This document shows, one piece after another, positions 1-8,717 of a stretch of 64,000 nucleotides of DNA. The position numbers and the translations under genes are program-made. The notes beneath the pieces were generated by a model that saw only the letters and a list, made by a program, of their open reading frames with translations, was not told the origin of the DNA and ran no database searches. Position 1 is the first letter of the stretch, and every line of letters begins with the position of its first letter. The stretch spans positions 64,001-128,000 of the forward strand of contig CAVSTP010000003.1 of the NCBI GenBank assembly GCA_963730935.1, read 5' to 3'. Source of the stretch: an uncultured Nitrospiraceae bacterium (GTDB taxonomy: Bacteria; Nitrospirota; Nitrospiria; Nitrospirales; Nitrospiraceae).

Positions 1-216
1 CTGAACGCGAAGTGGGAGAAGGTCACGAGGGAGGATCTCGACGAGATCCAGGGCGATCTGGCCAAGTTCGGCTCGGTGCTGCAGAGGCGATACGGCGAAT
101 TGCACAAAGAGGAAGTGAGCATCTGGGCCAACCGCCGGTATTCCCATTGGACCGGAAATTATGCCGGTTACGAAGATGCAGAGCCATTTCTCACCCGGCA
201 CAAGGAGGTCGTATGA
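1..216 (+). CDS. CsbD-like general stress protein, 5'-truncated by the window edge
   Basis: Frame 1 reads LNAKWEKVTREDLDEIQGDLAKFGSVLQRRYGELHKEEVSIWANRRYSHWTGNYAGY..., matching the CsbD/YjbJ pattern (W.K.T.DDL..I.G....L.G.LQ.RYG); stop TGA at 214-216. Confidence 0.75.
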   Translation: MNAKWEKVTREDLDEIQGDLAKFGSVLQRRYGELHKEEVSIWANRRYSHWTGNYAGYEDAEPFLTRHKEVV

Positions 217-407
217 CACGAAAGTCCACTAAAACTGTTTCACAAGGAAAGGGCCATGCATTGCTACGTCGCCCCTCCGGCGGACTGACGTGCAGTGAAG
301 GGCAGGTGGATGATGTGCTCTCGGCAGGAGAATCGACTGAAGAGGAGCGGCGGCATGTACCCACGCGAAAAAACCGCCCGAGCAAAGCCACTCCTTGTAC
401 GGAATGA
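213..407 (+). CDS. small hypothetical protein (64 aa)
   Basis: AAGGAGG RBS at 202-208; ATG overlaps the upstream stop (ATGA). Confidence 0.5.
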   Translation: MTRKSTKTVSQGKGHALLRRPSGGLTCSEGQVDDVLSAGESTEEERRHVPTRKNRPSKATPCTE

Positions 408-447
408 CCAGTTGATAGTGGCACCCTATAGGCCTTGATGGAGGTGT

Positions 448-861
448 GTGATGCGTATATTTCTGCACTTGCTTGTGTCCGCAATAGTCATTGGGGTGCC
501 AGCAGCAGCTCTCGCGCAATTTAGCGATAAGGGTGCCCATGTGGAGGTGAAAAAAGGAACTAGGTTGTGTTCGAGCATCGCTGTCGCTGGGATTCCGCGT
601 ACTGCCGACCTGCGTCGGGTATTTTGGAGAGTGACAAGTCCTATGCGAGTCAATGGCACGCAGACCGTTTCCGCGCTCGTCTATGAAAGGGTCTACAACC
701 GACAGAGCGGTGACATGAGCACCGTGGAGAATGCATATCCAGACGAACATTTTGCCACATTCTTCAACAGAGCGCCGGAGTACAAGGGGATGCTTCAAAT
801 GATCAGTCCGCGAGATGGGAGCCTGCAAGCGATCGTGGAGACTTGCCAGGAGGGGCAATAG
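448..861 (+). CDS. secreted hypothetical protein (paralogue of 2590-2997)
   Basis: GGAGG RBS, signal peptide ending ALA-Q, two Cys; aligns end to end with the 2590 protein. Confidence 0.75.
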   Translation: MMRIFLHLLVSAIVIGVPAAALAQFSDKGAHVEVKKGTRLCSSIAVAGIPRTADLRRVFWRVTSPMRVNGTQTVSALVYERVYNRQSGDMSTVENAYPDEHFATFFNRAPEYKGMLQMISPRDGSLQAIVETCQEGQ

Positions 862-978
862 GTCCAATGCCGATGCGTTTTCCGTGCGGCTTTCAGATCT
901 AGGCAGAGTAGGAGTACTTGAAGCTCTGTATTACCTGAGCTTGGCGAAATAGCATGGATTCCCGATGGTCCCCTCCTG

Positions 979-994
979 TGATCACTTTTGACCA
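979..994 (+). promoter_or_regulatory. candidate Crp/Fnr-type site TGATC-ACTTTT-GACCA
   Basis: One of seven copies of the motif; TATATT -10-like hexamer at 1016-1021 (21-nt gap). Confidence 0.6.
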
Positions 995-1123
995 GCCAAG
1001 CCATCCGTACCAGTCTATATTTTAAGAGAATGACGGCGGCATCACTGCCCTTATTTCTATTCTCTCTGGTCCGTCGCCAAGAGGAACTGAGGAAAGATCT
1101 ATCCACTAACCGAGGAGCACGTG

Positions 1124-1367
1124 ATGAATCAAGAACAATTCGGGCAGTTTTGGGAGCAACTCAGGACTCCACTGAAAGACACTTGGGCGAAGATAACGAT
1201 GGAGGATCTCGACGAGATTCAGGGCGATCTTGCCAAGTTTGGCTCGGTGCTACAGAGGCGATACGGCGAGTTGCACAAAGAGGAAGGTGACCATCTGGGC
1301 CGACCGCCGGTATTCCCATTGGACGGGAAATTATGCCGGTTACAAAGATCCTGAGCCTGTGTCCTAA
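1124..1367 (+). pseudogene. CsbD-like gene, second copy with a +1 frameshift
   Basis: Nearly identical to 1-216 but has an extra G at 1286-1287 (GAGGAAGGTGACC vs GAGGAAGTGAGC); the corrected frame continues VTIWADRRYSHWTGNYAGYKDPEPVS* to TAA 1365-1367. Confidence 0.7.
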
Positions 1368-1582
1368 CCCTGCGATGCGGACCTGTAGGGTGAATTTGGT
1401 ACTGAGCTACGCCGACTGTCCTATCCCTCGCGCCGTTCTCGACTTCTAAGCGCGATCCGATTCTCCAGTCTCCGCCGCTCCTCCTGTAATCTGTCTTGTC
1501 ACCTTGATCGCGTCCAGTGTTGTCTGTTTCATGGCGGAAGTACACTCGCGTCATCGAGTCGTCGCCGAGAGGAAGGAACCTG

Positions 1583-1879
1583 ATGAAAACTTACCTGGGG
1601 ATGAACCGGATCGTTTTGATTTCAATGGCCGCCTTCGCGTGGTCCGGGGTCGTATTGCCTCTTCGTGCGGAGGACAGACTCGTGGAGGGAGCCATGATTG
1701 TGGCCCCGAAGGAAGAGATTGCCCGAATCGCCAATGCCTCAGATGACACACTGACAGCCTGCTTAACGAGGATTCCCGTTCAGATGACCACTCAGCAGCG
1801 TATGACGGCGCAGCAGATCTGCCAAATAGAAGAGACCACGAGGCAGATAGTGCCACTCGTAGAAAAGGAAGGGAACTGA
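1583..1879 (+). CDS. secreted two-cysteine hypothetical protein (paralogue of 15988-16356)
   Basis: AGGAAGGA RBS, signal peptide, motif DTLTACLTRIP...QRMTAQQIC. Confidence 0.65.
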   Translation: MKTYLGMNRIVLISMAAFAWSGVVLPLRAEDRLVEGAMIVAPKEEIARIANASDDTLTACLTRIPVQMTTQQRMTAQQICQIEETTRQIVPLVEKEGN

Positions 1880-1881
1880 AC

Positions 1882-2013
1882 ATGTATCAAATCTACAGCC
1901 TACTGGGGTTGATGGTGATGACTTGGGGTATAGCGATCTGGGCCTCTATGCCCGAGGATCAAGATGGCCGCGCGGTGAGTAGCCCAACGGGTCTCCATAT
2001 GGGCACGAGCTAG
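1882..2013 (+). CDS. small single-pass membrane peptide (43 aa)
   Basis: MYQIYSLLGLMVMTWGIAIWASMPEDQD...; purine-rich RBS; below the ORF-track size cut-off. Confidence 0.5.
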   Translation: MYQIYSLLGLMVMTWGIAIWASMPEDQDGRAVSSPTGLHMGTS

Positions 2014-2023
2014 TTTTTAAGAC

Positions 2024-2539
2024 ATGAAGGGGACGGAAGTGGCTACTTTAATGCGTGGTTTGAGGAGTGGGTGGACGACGACGAATCCGACCGCCGATGC
2101 AAGGACCATCGGTGTGATGGAGAGGTTGGACGGCTTGGGCTACATGACCACCGGATTCAGTTTTCTCCTCATCGGCATGGTGGTATTCGCTCACTCCTGG
2201 TATGTCTTCCTCCTCTCCGTGGGATCAACAACGGTTCCCGCCGTGCTCGCGCTGGTTCATGATTTGCTGTTGGTCATTATCCTCTTGGAGTTGTTCCGCA
2301 CCATCATTAATTTTCTAAAAACCAAAGTCATCACGCTAGAACCATTTTTGTATATTTGCGTCATCGCATCGACCAGGCGAATCCTCACGACTGGCGCCCA
2401 GATTGCCTCGATGGAGGATCTCACCGATCAAGTGTTTCACCGGTATCTACTTGATCTGGGGTCGAATGTGCTTGTGGTTCTGGCCTTGGTTGTCGCGGTG
2501 TATCTCATGCGGCGGGCAGTTCCGGTGGCCGCTAGTTAA
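2024..2539 (+). CDS. phosphate-starvation-inducible PsiE-family membrane protein
   Basis: Four hydrophobic segments; LLLVIILLELFRT and EPFLYICVIASTRRIL motifs typical of the PsiE family. Confidence 0.75.
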   Translation: MKGTEVATLMRGLRSGWTTTNPTADARTIGVMERLDGLGYMTTGFSFLLIGMVVFAHSWYVFLLSVGSTTVPAVLALVHDLLLVIILLELFRTIINFLKTKVITLEPFLYICVIASTRRILTTGAQIASMEDLTDQVFHRYLLDLGSNVLVVLALVVAVYLMRRAVPVAAS

Positions 2540-2589
2540 GGAGCAGAATCGGTAAGTGTTTGTCCTACGCCCAGAAATGGAGGTGTGTG

Positions 2590-2997
2590 ATGCTCAAATT
2601 CCTACACCTGCTTGTGTCAGCAATGGTCATTGGAGTGCCGGCAGCAGGCCTCGCTCAATTTAGCGATAAAGGTGACCATGTTGAGGTGAAAAAGGGCACC
2701 AGGTTGTGTTCGAGCCTCGCGGTCGACGGAGTGAGGGGCACCTTGAATCAGCAGCCGATATTTTGGAAAGTCACGAGCCCCATACGTGCCAATGGCACGC
2801 AGACAGTTTCCGCGCTCGTCCATGAAACGGTCTATAACCGTAACAGCGGCGACACGACCACTGTGGAGAACCCGTATGACGAAGATTTTGCCACATTCTT
2901 CAAGCGAGCGCCGGAACATAAGGGGATGCTCCAAATGATTAGCCCGCAAGATGGAAACCTGCAAGCGATCGTCGAGATTTGCCGGAAGGAAAAATAG
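2590..2997 (+). CDS. secreted hypothetical protein (paralogue of 448-861)
   Basis: Same ATGGAGGTGTGTGATG start context as 448; shared QFSDKG.HVEVKKGTRLCSS and PE.KGMLQMISP.DG.LQAIVE.C. Confidence 0.75.
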   Translation: MLKFLHLLVSAMVIGVPAAGLAQFSDKGDHVEVKKGTRLCSSLAVDGVRGTLNQQPIFWKVTSPIRANGTQTVSALVHETVYNRNSGDTTTVENPYDEDFATFFKRAPEHKGMLQMISPQDGNLQAIVEICRKEK

Positions 2998-3000
2998 TTC

Positions 3001-3222
3001 ATGCCGATGCGTTGTCCGCGCTGCAAAGGGTTCATGGTTGCCACCCAGTTGAATGAACTATGGACCTCCGGCCAGGAAGACGGGTGGCGCTGCCTTCTGT
3101 GCGGTGAGAATATTGATCCTGTCATTGAAGGCAATCGGACGGGGCACGCCCCTCCGGTTCAGAGCCGTGCCCGTGTCCCCGGAGCTCCCACCGTCAAGTC
3201 CACAAAAGGAAGATCCAGGTGA
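3001..3222 (+). CDS. small zinc-ribbon protein
   Basis: CPRC...WRCLLCGE.ID...NR; paralogues at 9162 and 17917. Confidence 0.7.
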   Translation: MPMRCPRCKGFMVATQLNELWTSGQEDGWRCLLCGENIDPVIEGNRTGHAPPVQSRARVPGAPTVKSTKGRSR

Positions 3223-3266
3223 AGAGGGCACGCGTTGATCATCCGCTGTTGAGGGATTGGTGAGGC

Positions 3267-4163
3267 ATGAACATCGTCGAGGCGCGAGCGACAGACATGG
3301 AGAGAGGCCTGAGGCAAAGACGTGCGGGGATGGTCCCAAGCCTGTTCGTAGCACTTGGATTCTTAGTGGGGTCGCCGGACGAGGCACTGTCCGCCGCCAT
3401 CACGATAGCCGGAAACGGTCCGGAACTTCGCATGGTCGAGCGGCTGACGCGGGCCTTTGAGAAGCAGCATTTGGGCGCTGTCGCTGAGATCCGCTGGGAT
3501 CCGTCGTTTCAGCCGACTCATATGGTGAAATCGGGCGAGGCAGATTTTGCTGTAACAGGACAGACCGACCCAGACCTCATCGCCACTCCCATTGCTTGGG
3601 ATGGCATTGCTGTAGTGGTGGATTTTGCCAATCCGCTTAGAGAGATCACATCCCTGCAGCTTGCGGCCATGTTCTCAGGTGTTGTGACTCGATGGTCGGA
3701 TCTGGGGGGCATCGATACTCGAATCGAGCTCATTGATCGTCCTTCTAATCAGCATATACGCGGAACGTTCGAGACGATCTTGGAGATTGTCGGGAAAATC
3801 CCTCCTTCCGCTCATGTGAGTCGGTCTGATCAGCGAGCGATCAGCAGCGTGGCTGGCAAGGGTTCGGCGGTGACCTATGTATCTCTTGGTGTGGCCCTCG
3901 ATGCGGTCGCGTATGGCGTCGGTGTGGCACTCTTGAATGTCGACCAAGTTGAGCCGGCCAAGCAGACTGTGAGCGATGGCCGATATCGCTTGCGCCGGCC
4001 GATTCTACTGCTCCGCAGGAGCGAAGCCAACTCTACCGCGGCATCCTTCGTGGACTTTGCGCTTTCGAAAGCAGCAAAGGATATTATCGAAGAAATGTTT
4101 GTCTCCTACACCGGCCCGGACAATGAGCCTCATGCGGTGCATTCATCCATGAGCGTGAAGTGA
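3267..4163 (+). CDS. PstS-like periplasmic substrate-binding protein (PBP2 fold)
   Basis: ITIAG, PIAWDGIAVVV..NPL.EIT..QL...FSG.V..WSDLGG and GRYRLRRP motifs of PstS-like proteins; no pstCAB nearby. Confidence 0.75.
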   Translation: MNIVEARATDMERGLRQRRAGMVPSLFVALGFLVGSPDEALSAAITIAGNGPELRMVERLTRAFEKQHLGAVAEIRWDPSFQPTHMVKSGEADFAVTGQTDPDLIATPIAWDGIAVVVDFANPLREITSLQLAAMFSGVVTRWSDLGGIDTRIELIDRPSNQHIRGTFETILEIVGKIPPSAHVSRSDQRAISSVAGKGSAVTYVSLGVALDAVAYGVGVALLNVDQVEPAKQTVSDGRYRLRRPILLLRRSEANSTAASFVDFALSKAAKDIIEEMFVSYTGPDNEPHAVHSSMSVK

Positions 4164-4189
4164 GAATTCCGGAGATCGAGAGGGCTGCC

Positions 4190-4288
4190 ATGCGCATTTG
4201 GACTGACGGACGTTCAGAAGTATTTCTGGGTTTCTACCTCATAGCCTGGGTGGTCGGGCTCGTCTTGACGCACATGCTTTCGAGATAA
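4190..4288 (+). CDS. small membrane peptide (32 aa)
   Basis: MRIWTDGRSEVFLGFYLIAWVVGLVLTHMLSR*; GAGAGG RBS. Confidence 0.45.
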   Translation: MRIWTDGRSEVFLGFYLIAWVVGLVLTHMLSR

Positions 4289-4651
4289 CCGCGAAACGAC
4301 GCGTCGCATCATCCAGTCGACCGCATTGGTGCTCATGACGAAAATGCAGAGGGTCTCTGAGGCGTTGGAGTTCGCTTTTCAGGCCTGTGACCACGGGCAG
4401 AGTGTTCAATACAGACCAGTATTCCGGTATAGCGAGCGGTATGTTGTTCTGACGCTTCGGCTACGCTGACTGCCTGCGCTTCCCGTTTCTCTCTTAGCGC
4501 GATCGATTTTCAGTCCCCACGCGCAACGCCAGACCGTCTGCCAGATTGGATAGTCCCCCGCAGATAAGCCGCTTGCGTGGTTGAGAATGAGTCATTGTTT
4601 GTTGAGAAGATGGTGTGTGCAACAGGTGTGTGCAACAAAGGGGGTTCTATT

Positions 4652-4990
4652 ATGAGACTTTTCACGATGACGATAGCAGCTCTCGCGTTTCTCGGAATGA
4701 CGGGGCTGGCCTTGGCAAACCCGTCGATGCTGCCAAAGCATCCAGGGTATCCGTCTGGTGGCGAGTTTGCGAACGATAAGGGCCAGAAGAATCTGACCTA
4801 TAGCCAATCCATATTGGAGGCCGCGACGTCCGGCGACACGAATATGATTCCGACGTTGATGGATCAGAACAATGTGGATCAGAACAATGCCAGGCTCATG
4901 GAACATGGCGGAGCCGGTCAATCGCCTGTGGTCGGATCGAACCTGAAGACTGAGCCTTCGGTGAAAGAAGGCGAGCGGATAAAGCAGTAA
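4652..4990 (+). CDS. secreted hypothetical protein
   Basis: AAAGGGGG RBS, signal peptide ending ALA-NP, PKHPGYP motif. Confidence 0.7.
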   Translation: MRLFTMTIAALAFLGMTGLALANPSMLPKHPGYPSGGEFANDKGQKNLTYSQSILEAATSGDTNMIPTLMDQNNVDQNNARLMEHGGAGQSPVVGSNLKTEPSVKEGERIKQ

Positions 4991-5097
4991 AGATCTGAAG
5001 GCCACAACGAGGCGTACTGAAACTGTCGGAGACGGGGGGTTGGCATGGGAAAGGAACGAACTCCCAGCCAAGCCCCGCGAGGTTGTGTGAGGCATCT

Positions 5098-6042
5098 ATG
5101 CAACAGAGATTCGAGTTTATGGACTTGATCGTGGCGGTAGGATTGTGTGCCACGATTGTGGCCAGTGGCGTATTGTTCATGGCTGCAAATGGGATGCAAA
5201 TCAGGACCGTAGGATGGGGGTCGATAGCACAGCCCACCGGCAATCTTATTGGGATGGATTTGCTCCAACCGGTGCTCGGCCAAGCCATTGTGGATCATGC
5301 CCTCCTTGAACGTAGCCATGCGAAGCATGCGGCTGCAGCCATCACTCAACTTGATGGTCTGGCCCTCGAAGGGAATCAGTGGCAACACTCCCCTTATGGC
5401 TATCTCGATTCAATCACCATCGGTGCTTCGTGGGCGGAAGCCGAGCATACTGCCAGAGTCCAATCGGTCATGGGTCGCTCGATCGTCAATTTCACCCGAC
5501 GTGGAGTTCGCAGTGGACTGTGGTCCTCAGTGGAACGCGCTGCTCACGACAACCCCCACATGATCGGTGTGACGGAGGCCATGGGACAAAAGATGGATAA
5601 CGCGTTCCTCGCGAATTGGCAGCCTAACATTGGTCGAGGGATTGTTGCCGCGACCCAAGACAGCGAGAAGCGATCGAGGTTGAGGCAAGAGCGGTTGGGA
5701 ATGGCAATCTTAGAAATGGCCACAGTCCAAGAAGCGTACGAACCGGTTCGAGCGGCAATTCAAGAACAGCTTGGAAGCGCAACGGTGGTCGCGACCATGA
5801 CTGGGTCGCAACAGGGAGGCGTAACTTCTGACCGTGTGACGGCGGATCGAGTTGCGGCCGTGAGTGCACAAGACGCTTTCCCGAGGATTTCGACGACGAC
5901 TGCCTTCATAGTGGCGTCGCTCATTCTCATCAGCCTGTTTACGACTGGTCTCTTCGTGTTTTCCCCGAGACGGGCGGGGATTCCCCAGACTGATACGGTT
6001 CACAGGGGGCCTGCCGCGCTGGTGCCTTCCAAGTTGTTGTAG
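5098..6042 (+). CDS. hypothetical membrane protein with N- and C-terminal TM helices
   Basis: 314-aa ORF with two hydrophobic segments flanking a helical region. Confidence 0.7.
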   Translation: MQQRFEFMDLIVAVGLCATIVASGVLFMAANGMQIRTVGWGSIAQPTGNLIGMDLLQPVLGQAIVDHALLERSHAKHAAAAITQLDGLALEGNQWQHSPYGYLDSITIGASWAEAEHTARVQSVMGRSIVNFTRRGVRSGLWSSVERAAHDNPHMIGVTEAMGQKMDNAFLANWQPNIGRGIVAATQDSEKRSRLRQERLGMAILEMATVQEAYEPVRAAIQEQLGSATVVATMTGSQQGGVTSDRVTADRVAAVSAQDAFPRISTTTAFIVASLILISLFTTGLFVFSPRRAGIPQTDTVHRGPAALVPSKLL

Positions 6043-6100
6043 GAAGGCCACCACAAATTTAAGGAGATTCGATGAGTGTTGGCGGCACGAGAGGTGTTCT

Positions 6101-6256
6101 ATGATCGAGATGATTGGACTCACTACGATTTGCATGCTCGTGTGGGTGTTAGCCTCGTCGATGGCGGCTGAAAGTGATGCCGAAAAACGGCGTGTAGCCA
6201 TGCCGTCAGCGGCCGATCTTTTGAATGTTGCGAAGAGCGTACGACTCGCGGCCTAG
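6101..6256 (+). CDS. small single-pass membrane peptide (51 aa)
   Basis: GAGAGG RBS; MIEMIGLTTICMLVWVLASSMAAE...SVRLAA*. Confidence 0.55.
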   Translation: MIEMIGLTTICMLVWVLASSMAAESDAEKRRVAMPSAADLLNVAKSVRLAA

Positions 6257-6320
6257 TCAACGCATGAATGAAGCGGACCGCGCGGGCAGGGTCCTCACGG
6301 CATGTAACAAGGAGAATTCC

Positions 6321-6503
6321 ATGACACCTGAGGAGCACATTGCGAAAATGACGATAGCCATCCGACAAGCGATCAAGGTAATGGGCGATCGGTTCGGATC
6401 GACAGAACAGGACGTCACGAAGGCCATTCACGAACTGAAGATGTCGATGCAGGGTGCAACGGAACCGAGGGCACCCCTTGGGGGCTCTATGACGACCACA
6501 TGA
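6321..6503 (+). CDS. small helical hypothetical protein
   Basis: AAGGAGA RBS; the stop is created by an 11-bp tandem duplication at 6489-6510. Confidence 0.55.
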   Translation: MTPEEHIAKMTIAIRQAIKVMGDRFGSTEQDVTKAIHELKMSMQGATEPRAPLGGSMTTT

Positions 6504-6937
6504 CGACCACGCAGCCTGTTACCATGGAATCTAGACATGACATCACGCCTGTGATGAAAAGGAGAATGATGAATAGCTCATCCACCGTTCACAGTCACAT
6601 AGACATCACGGACACGATGGCCAGATTATACCTCTTTCTGGCGCAAAGCTTGGACCGCTGTGTGAGCGAGGCGGCACGCATCAGCTATCCGGAGCCACAA
6701 TTCCAAGCCAGTCTCGCCTCGACCCGAGCCACGGTGCTGGACATGCTGTCGGTGAATCCGGTGGTGAAGGGGAAGGTCGAGCAGGAGTGCGATCGGGTAG
6801 GATCGCTTGTCACGGCATGCCTGACTGATGGCGTTGCGAAGGCGAGTGCTCTCGATGAATTGAAAGCGGAGCGAGCGGTATTGAAACACAAGACCCTGGC
6901 GTTGAGTGATCTGCTCGCTGTTTTCCGAGCAGTGTGA
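6500..6937 (+). CDS. hypothetical helical protein (start may be 6566 or 6569)
   Basis: Coherent ORF; internal AAAAGGAG RBS before ATGATG at 6566. Confidence 0.6.
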   Translation: MTTTQPVTMESRHDITPVMKRRMMNSSSTVHSHIDITDTMARLYLFLAQSLDRCVSEAARISYPEPQFQASLASTRATVLDMLSVNPVVKGKVEQECDRVGSLVTACLTDGVAKASALDELKAERAVLKHKTLALSDLLAVFRAV

Positions 6938-7015
6938 CAGAAAGCTCGAGGCGACACGCGCTGCCTGCTTGGGTCGATATCGAAACAGCGGGCATAGACA
7001 CCAATGGAGGACATC

Positions 7016-7228
7016 ATGACGCAGACACCCCAAACGTATGTGCTGACGCTGAATTCACCATCCCGCAAGGCATTGCGGCTGTGGACAGGTAAGAGCATTC
7101 ATACCTTGCGCCATTGCTCGGTCAAACAACTCAATCATGCGCTGATGGAACTGCAACAGCTCATGGATGGTGTGCAAGCACCCGTGCCGGCGCCCGGCGC
7201 GTCGTATTCCCTGAACCGCTCTCGATAA
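7016..7228 (+). CDS. small hypothetical protein
   Basis: GGAGG RBS 5 nt before ATG 7016. Confidence 0.55.
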   Translation: MTQTPQTYVLTLNSPSRKALRLWTGKSIHTLRHCSVKQLNHALMELQQLMDGVQAPVPAPGASYSLNRSR

Positions 7229-7357
7229 CTGACACAGGGCAGTCAAACGAGGTCAGGAAGAGTTTAGGGCCTATTTGCAATTGCCGTGCGCGGGGTGCAA
7301 AATAGAGGTTCACTGCATCTCGCATTGAGCGGAACACTCCCCAGTTGAGGTTGACGC

Positions 7358-8011
7358 ATGGCGCGTGCGCGTACAGCACCCTTTGATCCCCAGCTAGTTC
7401 TCAGCAAGGTGGGCAAGGGGAAAACCACTCTGCTATCCCCTAAAAAGCACATGATCTTCTCGCAAGGGGATGCCGCGGAGGCGGTGTTCTTTATCCAGAC
7501 GGGCAAGGTGAAGCTGACGGTGGTCTCGCAACAAGGCAGGGAAGCCGTTATTGCGATTCTGGAGCCGGGTGCATTTTTTGGACAATCCTGCCTTGCCGGA
7601 CAGGCCATTCGGACGGCGACCGCGACGGCCGTAGAAGACTCCAATATCGTGCGCATCAACAAGGACGCCATGATTCGCGTGCTGCACGAGGAGCCTACCT
7701 TCGCCGAGCTGTTTATGGCCTATCTGCTGGCGCACACCATTCGAGTCGAAGAGGATTTGGTGGATCAGCTCTTTAACTCCAGCGAGAAGCGACTCGCGCG
7801 AGTGCTGCTATTGTTGGCGCATTTTGGCAAAGAAGGGAAGCCGGAGACAGTCATTACGAAGATCAGTCAGGAAACGCTCGCCGAGATGATCGGTACCACA
7901 CGCTCGCGAGTGAGTTTTTTTATGAACAAGTTCCGGAAAATGGGTTTCATTGACTACAACGGTGAGTTGCACGTGCATAGCTCTCTCCTGAATATCGTCC
8001 TGCACGACTAG
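7358..8011 (+). CDS. Crp/Fnr-family transcriptional regulator
   Basis: cNMP-type beta-roll (IFSQGDAAEAVFFIQTGKVKL, GAFFG), SEKRLARVLL, HTH SQETLAEMIGTTRSRVSFFMNKFRKMG. Confidence 0.92.
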   Translation: MARARTAPFDPQLVLSKVGKGKTTLLSPKKHMIFSQGDAAEAVFFIQTGKVKLTVVSQQGREAVIAILEPGAFFGQSCLAGQAIRTATATAVEDSNIVRINKDAMIRVLHEEPTFAELFMAYLLAHTIRVEEDLVDQLFNSSEKRLARVLLLLAHFGKEGKPETVITKISQETLAEMIGTTRSRVSFFMNKFRKMGFIDYNGELHVHSSLLNIVLHD

Positions 8012-8047
8012 GACTCCGCACCTCGATTCCTCCCTTCCGCGCACTGT

Positions 8048-8254
8048 TCAGATCGACACTCCCTTCACTGGACAATCACAGATCAGGATGTCCCTGTCGC
8101 CCAGCGGGTTATCTGCGATTTCGAATGCCAGATGCCATCGGTGCCCTCGCGGGCATTGCTGGTGCACGACCGCTCGCTGTTGCGCGTCTGTCCCTCGGGA
8201 GGAACGTTGTGCAACAACATCATCCGCGTGGCAGATATCGCAAGTGGACATCAT
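8048..8254 (-). CDS. small Cys/His-rich hypothetical protein
   Basis: CDIC...CPRGHRWH...CDC possible metal-binding motifs; GAAGG RBS. Confidence 0.45.
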   Translation of the reverse strand: MMSTCDICHADDVVAQRSSRGTDAQQRAVVHQQCPRGHRWHLAFEIADNPLGDRDILICDCPVKGVSI

Positions 8255-8337
8255 CAACCGCCCTTCGTTCAGGGGGTGAGAAGTGGACCGCCTTTCTAAG
8301 GTTGCCCGATGCCATGCACCCTCAAAGCCACAACCCA

Positions 8338-8595
8338 CTATTTGAGCCACGGATCATGGCCCCTCGGGAACTGCAGGAAATCTAAGGCTCGCGCAAATGG
8401 GGACTCAGGGTCTGCCTCGGTCGCCGCAGACAACTCCTGAAAGCGCGCGTGGGCCTCGCGGCACATCTGCTCCCATGTTTTTCCCGTGGTGGCCATGACG
8501 TGGTGGTACTCGGCCTGCACGTTAGGCGGTAACGCTCGCCAGAACTTCTCGAGAATCTGTTCGAACGAGAGCCCAGAATCAGGATCTACCCACAT
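8338..8595 (-). CDS. hypothetical protein
   Basis: GGGAGGT RBS; protein-like helical composition. Confidence 0.55.
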   Translation of the reverse strand: MWVDPDSGLSFEQILEKFWRALPPNVQAEYHHVMATTGKTWEQMCREAHARFQELSAATEADPESPFARALDFLQFPRGHDPWLK

Positions 8596-8672
8596 CAACA
8601 CCTCCCGCGGGGACTACACAGCTTCTAACCGAGGCTTATGTCAAAACATGATAAGAGAAAATCCTTGCTGGG

Positions 8673-8717
8673 GGTGCGCCCCGGCTAGAATCCAACCCGC
8701 GACATTTAGCTTAGAAG
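8673..8717 (-). pseudogene. degenerate 3' half of tRNA-Arg(TCT), probable old att scar
   Basis: Minus strand CTTCTAA-GCTAA-ATGTC-GCGGG-TTGGATT-CTAGC-CGGGGCGC-A-CC: anticodon loop, variable loop, decayed T-arm and acceptor strand; no 5' half. Confidence 0.6.
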
